A stretch of DNA of 23,427 nt, from contig JASFEA010000033.1 of the NCBI GenBank assembly GCA_050125095.1, positions 1-23,427 on the forward strand. The letters run 5' to 3'. The notes beneath the pieces are model-generated. The model ran no database searches, had not been told where the DNA came from, and saw only the letters and a list, made by a program, of their open reading frames with translations. Made by a program: the position numbers and the translations under genes. Shown in pieces: positions 8,168-16,055 of the stretch. This DNA is from a bacterium (GTDB taxonomy: Bacteria > Arandabacterota > Arandabacteria > Arandabacterales > JALGWA01). How positions within the stretch are numbered: position 1 is the stretch's first letter; each line of letters opens with the position of its first letter.

Positions 8168-10180
8168 CTAAAATGAGTGTGAGACACTGGGGCGTCGCGG
8201 CCTGGGCTTCACGCGGAGGTCCTCCGCGATGGTGCGGAGCACCTCGGCAACGCTCCAGGCCTGCGCGAAGCAGCCCAGCGGGCGCTGGGGCGGGTCGCCG
8301 TCATAGACCTCGGCTATGGTGCCGAGACCGTTTACCTTCATGTGGTCGAATAATCCCTTGAGAAGACCGTTGCAGTAGTCGAGAGTCTCATCCGTTATGC
8401 CATAGGTTCTCTGGTATGCCCTGATGTAATGACCGATCAGCCACGGCCACACAGTGCCCTGGTGATAGGCCTTGTCCCTCTCGTAGAGAGTTCCTTCATA
8501 TCGTCCGCAGTAGCGCGGGTCGTGGGGCGACAGGGTGCGCAGGCCGAACGGCGTCACGAGATCCGACTTCACGACCTCCATGACCCCCGGCCGCCTCGCC
8601 TTGTCGAGCACCGGATAGGTGAGGCTGATTGCGAATATCTGGTTGGGTCTTATGGAACCGTCCCTGTAATCGGGGGTAATCACGTCATAGAGGCAGTTGC
8701 GTTCCCCGTTCCAGAACTCGCGGTTGAAGCTCTCGAAGACCCGGCTCGCCAGGATGTCGTACTTGCTCTCTTCGGCCAGGGCGCCGGCGTCAGCCGAGAG
8801 GTCGGACATAATCATGAGGGCGTTGTACCAGAGGGCGTTTATCTCGACGGCCTTGCCCGAGCGTGAAGTGATTACCTCGCCGTTTACTTTGGCGTCCATC
8901 CAGGTGAGCTGCACATCCGGCGTCCCACCCGCGAGAAGCCCGTCGCTGTCCGCCTTGATGGAGAACATGGTGCCCTCGAGGTGATGGGTTATTATGTCGC
9001 GAAGCGCCGGCAGGAGGGAGGCGATGAAGTCGCAGTCATTGGTGTAGTCGTAGTATTTCCGCACGGCCTCGAAGAGCCAGAGCGTGGCGTCGACGGTGTT
9101 GTACTCCGCGGCGTCCTCTTCGTCGGTGAAGCGATTGGGAATGAGCCCGTCCCTGACGCTTTCAAGGAACGTCGAGATTATGCGGCGCGCGTCGTCATAG
9201 CGGCCCGTAACCAACGTGAGGCCGGGCAGGCTGATCATGGCGTCCCTGCCCCAGTCCGTAAACCAGGGATAGCCGGCTATCACCGACCGGCCGTCGTCGC
9301 CGCGCCTTACGAGGAAGGAGTCCGCGGCGGGTATAAGGTAGCGGCCGAACTCGGTGTCGGCGAGCGGGCCCGTCATGAGCCGCCTTCTCCGGCGAAGCTC
9401 CTTGCCGCGAATGCCCTCAGCGGGCGCGTTGGGTATGGGCTCGGTAGAGAGTATGACGGACCGGCTGTCGGTGTCATCGAAGTGGAATACTACAAGGCCC
9501 GGGGAGTAAAGGTCCTCCACGCAGGCATAGTCCCGGGCCCGTTCCTTGCGGTAGAAGTAGTTGCGGTACCAGTAGCCGGAGTGCTGGAAGCGCCCGCCCT
9601 TAAAGCCGATGTAAACCGGCGGCAGGGCGCCGTACGGTCTCATGTTGAGACTCTCGGGAGTGACATTCACGTCGCGGTTGAATTCGGCGTTCTCGCGCAT
9701 CACCTGGTGATGGTCTCTTCCGGCGATGAACGGCCTCAGGGTCAGTACGACCTGGCTCCTGCGGGGTCCGCCCGGCATGGGCTTCACGGTATAGGTCACG
9801 ACGGTCATGTTCTCGCCGTAGACCATGAAAACGCTCTTCTCGATCCTGACGCCGCCCACATGGTATGTGAAGATGGGGAAGGGGTCCAGGCGCACACTTT
9901 CCAGGTATTTATAGCCGGTCGGGTAGACCGCGGCCTCGAATTCGCTGGCCGAGATGTCGTACTTCTCGGTTCCCACCGTGACGGTCTCGTCCATGCGCGA
10001 GACCATGACGACCCGGTCGACCGGCGGGTTCTGGGCCACGCTGAGGAGGGAATGGTATTTCCTCGTGTTTATCCCGAGCACCGTCGAGGACGCGAAGCCG
10101 CCCAGGCCGTTGGTCTCGAGCCATTCGGCGCCGATGGCGTGCTCGAAGTTGTCCAGGTCCTCTCGCGCAAGCTCAATCAT
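8168..10180 (-). CDS. Glycogen debranching enzyme / amylo-alpha-1,6-glucosidase (GDE_N plus GDE_C)
   Basis: Motifs EWLETNGLGGFAS, IAGYPWFTDWGRD, YNTVDATLW, LTWMDAK, GKAVEINALWYNAL, IRPNQ, YHQGTVWPW and QAWSVAE. The real start is most likely ATG 10180 (MIELARE), overlapping the upstream stop as ATGA. Confidence 0.95.
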   Translation of the reverse strand: MIELAREDLDNFEHAIGAEWLETNGLGGFASSTVLGINTRKYHSLLSVAQNPPVDRVVMVSRMDETVTVGTEKYDISASEFEAAVYPTGYKYLESVRLDPFPIFTYHVGGVRIEKSVFMVYGENMTVVTYTVKPMPGGPRRSQVVLTLRPFIAGRDHHQVMRENAEFNRDVNVTPESLNMRPYGALPPVYIGFKGGRFQHSGYWYRNYFYRKERARDYACVEDLYSPGLVVFHFDDTDSRSVILSTEPIPNAPAEGIRGKELRRRRRLMTGPLADTEFGRYLIPAADSFLVRRGDDGRSVIAGYPWFTDWGRDAMISLPGLTLVTGRYDDARRIISTFLESVRDGLIPNRFTDEEDAAEYNTVDATLWLFEAVRKYYDYTNDCDFIASLLPALRDIITHHLEGTMFSIKADSDGLLAGGTPDVQLTWMDAKVNGEVITSRSGKAVEINALWYNALMIMSDLSADAGALAEESKYDILASRVFESFNREFWNGERNCLYDVITPDYRDGSIRPNQIFAISLTYPVLDKARRPGVMEVVKSDLVTPFGLRTLSPHDPRYCGRYEGTLYERDKAYHQGTVWPWLIGHYIRAYQRTYGITDETLDYCNGLLKGLFDHMKVNGLGTIAEVYDGDPPQRPLGCFAQAWSVAEVLRTIAEDLRVKPRPRRPSVSHSF

Positions 10181-10815
10181 TGCCCGGGGGCCCCCGCGTG
10201 AACAAGAAACTCCACGATGGCCACGGCCTGGTCCTCGCTGATCCAGGCGGGATCCTTGGCGCGCATGGTCTCGACGACGGCCCGCCACTCTTCCCGGGTA
10301 TGGGTGTCCAGAAGAGGAGTGTCCAGCCGGTGGCACTTGGAGCACTTGGTGACGAAGAGCTCCCTGGCCTGAGCCATGTCGACCTCGGGCGCCGGCTCGC
10401 CGGCTTCACCCGGGCCCTCCCGCGTCCCGAAGTAGTGGAACATGGCCGAAGCCGCGGAGAAGACGAAGATGACCACGAGCACCGTGGTGCCTATGGATAT
10501 AAGCCTGTTTCTGAGCTCGGGATAGCGTTCGGATATGAGGTTCTTGACTATTAAAAGCGGAATGAGCACCGCGCCCAGCGTCAGCAATATGACTCCGCGC
10601 ACGGAGAAGCCCGATCTTATAAGGCTCGTGATATCGTCCGCGATGATCACGGCGAAGACCAATATGGCGAAGAGCTCGCTCAATCTGTGCACCGTGCGCA
10701 GCGTGCGGCCGTGCTTGGTGTGGCTCGTTCCCATGAGGTGGAGCATGGTGAAGAAAGACACTCCCCCGAGGGCTATAAAGAGGAAGGCGAGCAGGAAATC
10801 GAGCGATATGGGTAT
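10177..10815 (-). CDS. Membrane-bound c-type cytochrome (about 4 TM helices plus C-terminal monoheme domain)
   Basis: CSKCH heme motif followed by W...VETM (candidate axial Met). The frame stays open and hydrophobic upstream of GTG 10761 as far as ATA 10815, which lies 7 nt after GGAGG. Confidence 0.8.
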   Translation of the reverse strand: MPISLDFLLAFLFIALGGVSFFTMLHLMGTSHTKHGRTLRTVHRLSELFAILVFAVIIADDITSLIRSGFSVRGVILLTLGAVLIPLLIVKNLISERYPELRNRLISIGTTVLVVIFVFSAASAMFHYFGTREGPGEAGEPAPEVDMAQARELFVTKCSKCHRLDTPLLDTHTREEWRAVVETMRAKDPAWISEDQAVAIVEFLVHAGAPGQ

Positions 10816-10842
10816 GATTCTCCCTCCAGTTGGTCCGCGAGC

Positions 10843-10871
10843 AGGGTAACAACCGCGAAGTCGGGTGTCAA
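10843..10871 (-). promoter_or_regulatory. Sigma70-type promoter for the cytochrome c-GDE unit
   Basis: TTGACA-N17-TACCCT with TG at -15/-14. Confidence 0.65.
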
Positions 10872-10882
10872 TCCTATTGTAG

Positions 10883-11503
10883 TTACTGCACTATGCCGAG
10901 CCAGTCGGTCAGCAGGAACTGGAAGCGGCCTATGAGCAGGCTGATTCGGCCCATGACGTTGTAGCCGAAGGTGGCCCCGAAGCCGATCATGATGAAAATT
11001 ACGCCGACATGGGACGATATCTTGAGGGGCCCTTTGCGCTCGGCGGAGAAGTAGAAGTAGGACAGCGTCGTCACCACCCCGAGGAAGATGATGAAGTTGG
11101 ATACGGCCTCGGCCGGGGGGAGGGCCATGGGATTGAACATGGTGCTCTCGGCCTGCTGGAGGATGCGGACCTGCACGTAGGACGGGATGACATAGCCCGC
11201 CCAGGCGGCGACGTAGAAAGCGATTGGGTAGCGGGACACCCACTCGTACTTGCGCCAGAGCCGCGCGAACATCATGGCGCCCAGCACGCCTCCCATGATG
11301 AGGATGTACTCGTGATTATCGAACACCGGGACATAGAGCTTGCGGTAGACGGCCGAGAAGAAGTACTGCACGAGATAATAACCCGCCGAGACCCCCACGA
11401 GCAGGTGCTCGGCGAAACGGAAGACGGGGTTCTCGCGGTAGAGGAATGAGAATATCGCCAGCGTCAGTATCGCCGCCACCCATATGCCCGGATCAGCGCT
11501 CAT
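10883..11503 (-). CDS. Conserved hypothetical polytopic membrane protein (4th gene of the DUF6754 operon)
   Basis: 206 aa, about 6 hydrophobic helices, motifs LTLAIFSFLYRENPxFRFAEHLLVG and IMIGFGATFG. AGGAG RBS. Confidence 0.85.
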   Translation of the reverse strand: MSADPGIWVAAILTLAIFSFLYRENPVFRFAEHLLVGVSAGYYLVQYFFSAVYRKLYVPVFDNHEYILIMGGVLGAMMFARLWRKYEWVSRYPIAFYVAAWAGYVIPSYVQVRILQQAESTMFNPMALPPAEAVSNFIIFLGVVTTLSYFYFSAERKGPLKISSHVGVIFIMIGFGATFGYNVMGRISLLIGRFQFLLTDWLGIVQ

Positions 11504-11511
11504 TGCCGCTC

Positions 11512-12348
11512 CTATTCCTCCTTGAGTTTCCTCTCATGCCTGCGGGAGAGGAAGTAGCCGACGTTGCCGATTACGATAAACGAGAGCATGAGGAGATGCG
11601 CCACCGACTGGGCGTCCATCCCCTTGATGCCGAGGCCGGGTATGTCCACGAGCCTCTCGTACTCGGCGGCGCCTTTGAGGCCGCCCAGGAAGCCCGGTAT
11701 CTGCCCGGCGTTGTAATAAGGATATATCAGAATGGCCTGTATCGCCGTATTGCCCGAGACCACGGTCACGCCGTAACGGCCGCCCGCCCAGATGGCCCAG
11801 TACTCGGAAAGGGCGCTTCCTGCGATGGACACCAGGAGGGCGATGTCGTTATAGGTCTCCACGTCCTGCATGAGCGGGATCTCACGCGTCGACTTTCCGA
11901 ACTGGTCGGCGGGGTAGGTGGCCTTGAAGCTCTCGCCCAGGCGCAGGATGGTGCCCGACCAGTCCGGGTTGTAGCCAAGGAAGACGTAGTCTATGCCGTA
12001 TTCCTTGCCGTACTCCGCAGCCGTCTCCTCGAGTATGTCCTGGGCGATGCCCGTGCCGCCCGCGTACATGGTCACGGATACAACGCGGACGCCCTGCCTG
12101 AAGAGATGCCTCAGGGCCGCTATGGACATGGGATTGAGCTCGGCCATGACATCTCCCTCATAATCGAAGGAGAAGAGCACTATGTCCCCGGCCTCGAGGT
12201 CCTCGATGTGGTCGTAGAAACCGCGCGCCTCGTCCGAGACCTGGACCGGCATGCCGATGGGCACGATGAGGGGAATGGCGACCGCGAGCGTCATGCAGAG
12301 GTAAATGATCCTCCGGTCGATCTGCATCATGCGGTCGTAAAACGCCAT
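11512..12348 (-). CDS. Conserved hypothetical membrane protein with a soluble alpha/beta domain (3rd gene of the DUF6754 operon)
   Basis: 278 aa with TM helices at both ends. Motifs DRRIIY, YGxDYVFLGY, PYYNAGQ, GLKGAAEYE and MDAQS. Start overlaps the upstream stop (TGATG). Confidence 0.85.
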   Translation of the reverse strand: MAFYDRMMQIDRRIIYLCMTLAVAIPLIVPIGMPVQVSDEARGFYDHIEDLEAGDIVLFSFDYEGDVMAELNPMSIAALRHLFRQGVRVVSVTMYAGGTGIAQDILEETAAEYGKEYGIDYVFLGYNPDWSGTILRLGESFKATYPADQFGKSTREIPLMQDVETYNDIALLVSIAGSALSEYWAIWAGGRYGVTVVSGNTAIQAILIYPYYNAGQIPGFLGGLKGAAEYERLVDIPGLGIKGMDAQSVAHLLMLSFIVIGNVGYFLSRRHERKLKEE

Positions 12349-12989
12349 CAGTCGGACTTCCCCAGGTAAGTGGTTTCGATTCCGAGTATGATCTTTATCG
12401 CCGTTGCCGTCATACCGAGGCCGACGCCTATCATGATGCCCCGCTTGGCGGCGAGGTTGGGCACGTTCAGGATCCAGTCTGCTATGGTGCTCACCGTGAC
12501 TTCATGCCCGCCGATATTGCCGCCTATAAGAGCCCCCACCGGGACGCGCCCGAGCATCACCAACGCGCCCGCTATGAGAAGCAGCGTCGCCGCGAAGGTC
12601 CTCGCCCTGAAGGCCCGGTAGGAAGCGGACGCCACGTAGAAGGCCAGCAGCGAGAACATGGTGGCCTGCATGGGCACCTGGATGTTCTGGAACATCCATC
12701 GATAGGGGCCGCCCTCTGTCTTCCAGATAAGCGCGGCCAGCACCATGAACGCGAGGCCGATCAGGGTTACGTACGAGTACTGCCAGTTCTGCTGCCTGCG
12801 CCCTATCCGGCGGGTGTGGTAGCGGATTAGGCTCCATGTCCCGAGGATGAGAGTGCAGCCGAGGACGACCTGTTTCCAGTCGAGGAAGAGGTTATAGAGA
12901 CGCAGGAAAAACGGGTTGGGCGTGAAGAACTGGATGAGCATGAGCATGCCTATGATGAAGGCGACTATCACAGGCCCCTGTCTCTTCAC
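12348..12989 (-). CDS. Conserved hypothetical polytopic membrane protein (2nd gene of the DUF6754 operon)
   Basis: 213 aa, about 6 hydrophobic helices, GTG start after GGAGG. Motifs PMQATMFSLLAFYVASASYRAFRAR and PNLAAKRGIMIG. Confidence 0.85.
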   Translation of the reverse strand: MKRQGPVIVAFIIGMLMLIQFFTPNPFFLRLYNLFLDWKQVVLGCTLILGTWSLIRYHTRRIGRRQQNWQYSYVTLIGLAFMVLAALIWKTEGGPYRWMFQNIQVPMQATMFSLLAFYVASASYRAFRARTFAATLLLIAGALVMLGRVPVGALIGGNIGGHEVTVSTIADWILNVPNLAAKRGIMIGVGLGMTATAIKIILGIETTYLGKSD

Positions 12990-12997
12990 GCTTCCTC

Positions 12998-14218
12998 CTA
13001 TCCGAACAGCGATCTATAAGTCTCGAAGAACTCCGGGCTCAGCATGGGGATGATGATCCCGAGCACCATGGCGACTAGGATTATGATCTTGGCGTAGTCC
13101 TGGGCCTTGAGCGCGCCCAGAAGAAGCGGCCGCCTCGAAAGATACACGGCGCCGGCGTAGAGCTCCTCGCCGATCAAAGTGTAGTCGCAGGCGCTGATGA
13201 AGAACGGCAGCTGGGCGTCGGAGTCGGTGCCCGCTATCTGTATGGCGCCGGTCGCGTTGCCGGTCTCAGCCAGAACCAGCGACTCGGCGTAGAACTTGCC
13301 GATGAAGAAATTGGTCGCCGGTCGCTCGCGAACCATGTAGGCCGCGACCGCGGCGGCGTAGCCGAACTGGCTGTATGTAACGTAGAAAACGTTCTCATCC
13401 TGGTAGAGATGCGGTTTGCCCACGCTCGCGTAGGACTCGCGCACCACCTGCTGGGCCACGGCCATCACTATGGGGTCGCGGTTGGGGCAGACGAGCCTGG
13501 TCTCGTACTCGCCCGCTTTCTTGGCCACCTGCCCCAGAATGTCGATGGCGGCGACAGTGGCTACCTCGTCCATGGGGTCCAGCCCGGGCACATAGAGTAT
13601 GGGCCTGCCCATCTCGGTGGCCCTGCCCACGGCCTCCTCCACGGCCTCGAGGCCCGCGATGCGCCTGATGAAGAGCTTGGCGCCGCGTCTCGCCCACTCG
13701 ACGAGTAATACCACGAGCGCCATGAAGACGGCCACCGCCACGAGAACGTTGACCGTGGCGCCCCTCAGGTACTGCTTCGACGGACTCACGGGAACCGTCG
13801 GCTCCGAGGGCAGTTTCGTGGCCCCGAAGGAGGCCGCTACTATGTATGTATAGTCCGAACCGGCGTCCAGGCCGGTGTCGGTAAAGGTGGTGTCGGTTAT
13901 TTTGACTGTGTCCACGACGGCCCAACCCAGGCTCTTAAGCAGCATGTCGACCGAGTCCGCGGCGACTGTGGGGATCGTGAGCGCCGGCGCTGCGCCATCA
14001 TAGCGCCACACCTCATAGGTTTCTATCTGGTCGGCGGGGCCGGCCTGTGACCAGGTCAGCGTAAGACAGGTCCCCCAGTCATCCGGGGTGTCGGCTGCGC
14101 GCACCCTGGCGGGAGAGGCCGGCACGGCCTGGGCGCAAAGCAGCACAAAGGCAATGAGGAATAAGAGCAATGACAAGGGCACGTACATGGCCGCGGGTCT
14201 GGAGGTTACAGCCTTCAT
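12998..14218 (-). CDS. Fibronectin type III plus DUF6754 domain membrane protein
   Basis: Signal peptide, FN3-like region (DTPDD.G...LTW...YEVWR...FTDT...YTY), a TM helix, then IRRIAGL..VEEAVGRATEMGRP, AESLVLAETG, QIAGT, QLPFF and LIGEELYA, recognised as DUF6754-type. Start uncertain; ATG 14218 is preferred because the ORF-track TTG at 14254 is part of a -35 box. Confidence 0.85.
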   Translation of the reverse strand: MKAVTSRPAAMYVPLSLLLFLIAFVLLCAQAVPASPARVRAADTPDDWGTCLTLTWSQAGPADQIETYEVWRYDGAAPALTIPTVAADSVDMLLKSLGWAVVDTVKITDTTFTDTGLDAGSDYTYIVAASFGATKLPSEPTVPVSPSKQYLRGATVNVLVAVAVFMALVVLLVEWARRGAKLFIRRIAGLEAVEEAVGRATEMGRPILYVPGLDPMDEVATVAAIDILGQVAKKAGEYETRLVCPNRDPIVMAVAQQVVRESYASVGKPHLYQDENVFYVTYSQFGYAAAVAAYMVRERPATNFFIGKFYAESLVLAETGNATGAIQIAGTDSDAQLPFFISACDYTLIGEELYAGAVYLSRRPLLLGALKAQDYAKIIILVAMVLGIIIPMLSPEFFETYRSLFG

Positions 14219-14225
14219 TGACGGC

Positions 14226-14254
14226 ATATTAGCAATTCGGCCTGTGGCTGTCAA
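14226..14254 (-). promoter_or_regulatory. Sigma70-type promoter of the DUF6754 operon
   Basis: TTGACA-N17-TAATAT with extended -10 TG. Confidence 0.7.
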
Positions 14255-14274
14255 CCGGCATGACTGTGCATGTT

Positions 14275-14414
14275 GGGGTCAGGTCTTGAAATGCACAGTG
14301 GTTGGCCTTCTGCGGATACTCGGCGTTCGCCGGTGGCTTCTTTACAACACGAAGCCCGGGCGGAACGCCTCCGCATCCGCGCCGGGGCGATTGTGCATTT
14401 GGAGACCTGACCCC
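14275..14414. repeat. 140-bp element bounded by 25-bp terminal inverted repeats (MITE/REPIN-like)
   Basis: GGGGTCAGGTCTTGAAATGCACAGT (14275-14299) and ATTGTGCATTTGGAGACCTGACCCC (14390-14414) are reverse-complementary at 22/25 positions. Confidence 0.75.
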
Positions 14415-14443
14415 GTAAACTGACCCCATAAATGACCTCGGCG

Positions 14444-14472
14444 TTGACGGCGGGGGCCATGGGTGGTAGCAT
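14444..14472 (+). promoter_or_regulatory. Sigma70-type promoter of the 515-aa membrane protein gene
   Basis: TTGACG-N17-TAGCAT with extended -10 TG, followed by an AAGGAG RBS. Confidence 0.6.
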
Positions 14473-14490
14473 ACGCCCAAAGGAGCGCGG

Positions 14491-16038
14491 ATGAACGAGG
14501 GAATATCATTCCACGACCTGCAGGACTTCGAAGCGAGGAAATGCGACGGGCCGTTTCTCTTTTCGGACTACTGGGCCAGCGTCCTCAATCTCACCGACAT
14601 CGTAAACCAGGAGTCGACGACCTCGGTCGGCATGTCTCTCGAGTCCTTCAGGAAGTTCTTGAACCGCCCGGCGGCGGGCCTGCCGCGCTTCGGCTATCTC
14701 ATTCTCTACTCGCTTCTCAAGCCCTTCGTGGTGCTCTACGGGCTCATCTTAAGGGTCATCGGCCGCGCGCCGGAGAAGAAGGAGCCGGCGGACGACGGCT
14801 CTCCCAGCGAAATCGAGCGCCTTCTGATAGACCACGCGCTGCGGGTGGAGCCCAAGGAGGGCGGGCTGGCGGACATTTACTCGGGCGTCGACAAGCTGGC
14901 GTCCGGGGTCCTGAATCCGATGAGGCTGGTCGCCTCGAACAGCATGTTCTTCGCCCGCTACAAGGTTTTCCTTGCCTCTCTCATAGTGCTCGGCTACGGA
15001 GCGCTGATAACCCCTTTCATGAGACTTCTGCATGCCGAGCCGGCCGCGGCTTACCTGAGTTATCTGCATTACCCTATAGTGCTGCTCATTCTCTGGGCAC
15101 TCTTCGACGACCTCCTGACGGCCACCGTCTCGCCCCTTCCCATCATCGCCATCAGGGTTCTCGTCAGGGAGGCGCAGGGCTTCCAGGGTTTCATGATAGC
15201 CATTGTGCTTACGGCCTTCATACTCTACCTGGTCGAGTGGTTCTTCGTCCCGCGGTCGCTCCCGCCGGCACTCTACTTCTACGTGAACGACGGGCGGAAG
15301 CCGCATATGCACTACAGGGAGGGCCACGAGCCCTACTGGCTGGAGGGGAAGTACTACTGGGTGTGGCGATACGTGCACTTGGCGCCCGCCGAGCTCCTGA
15401 AGTTCTGGGAGAAGGACTGGGAGCGTCTGGAGATCTGGATCAGGGCCGACGGCGAAGAGAGGGGAAAGCTGGAATACGTGGTCAATGATTTTCACTACCG
15501 GGAGCTCTGGTTCGGCTATGGAGGAATTACGCGCAAGAAGGCCCGGGACTATCACGACGCCATGCTCGCGCGCTACAGGGACACCTCCGAGCGCCTGACC
15601 TGGCTCGTCGAGGTCGACATGGACATCGTGTTCCATACCCCGAGCCTGAAGGGGGTCTACCTCACGCGCGGTAAGCGCCTCTCCATCGGCAGGCGCATAC
15701 TCTCGGTGCTGACGGTTATGTGGGACCGGCCCATAAAGGAGAATCCCGAGAAGTACAAGAGCAGGCTCGAGCGGCTGGAAATCGATGGTACCGGGTTCCT
15801 TGAGGATGTGCCGGAGCACTTCCGCACCGTGGTGACGCGCCAGCTCCTCCGTCTGCCATGGGCCTACTGGCGCTTCCCCAGAGGCGCCGGTTCGACCCGC
15901 CAGCTCCTGGTCTACAGCGGGGGCAACACCAGCTTCGACCCCGAGCTCACATCCGACAGGACATTCCAGATCAAGGCTCCCGGGGCGAAGCCAAAAAAAG
16001 AGCCCGGGAGCATGCCCCCGGGCCCGACCTTATCTTAA
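14491..16038 (+). CDS. Hypothetical membrane protein (TM bundle plus aromatic-rich C-terminal domain)
   Basis: 515-aa ORF with AAGGAG RBS, GC3-rich codons like its neighbours, and about 4-5 hydrophobic helices. No family recognised. Confidence 0.8.
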   Translation: MNEGISFHDLQDFEARKCDGPFLFSDYWASVLNLTDIVNQESTTSVGMSLESFRKFLNRPAAGLPRFGYLILYSLLKPFVVLYGLILRVIGRAPEKKEPADDGSPSEIERLLIDHALRVEPKEGGLADIYSGVDKLASGVLNPMRLVASNSMFFARYKVFLASLIVLGYGALITPFMRLLHAEPAAAYLSYLHYPIVLLILWALFDDLLTATVSPLPIIAIRVLVREAQGFQGFMIAIVLTAFILYLVEWFFVPRSLPPALYFYVNDGRKPHMHYREGHEPYWLEGKYYWVWRYVHLAPAELLKFWEKDWERLEIWIRADGEERGKLEYVVNDFHYRELWFGYGGITRKKARDYHDAMLARYRDTSERLTWLVEVDMDIVFHTPSLKGVYLTRGKRLSIGRRILSVLTVMWDRPIKENPEKYKSRLERLEIDGTGFLEDVPEHFRTVVTRQLLRLPWAYWRFPRGAGSTRQLLVYSGGNTSFDPELTSDRTFQIKAPGAKPKKEPGSMPPGPTLS

Positions 16039-16055
16039 GTCCTACTTCCTAAGTC

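Noticed and set aside
10181-10345. N-terminal extension of the debranching enzyme to 725 aa
   Set aside because: It overlaps the cytochrome c heme domain. The ATGA-coupled start at 10180 fits the family N-terminus.
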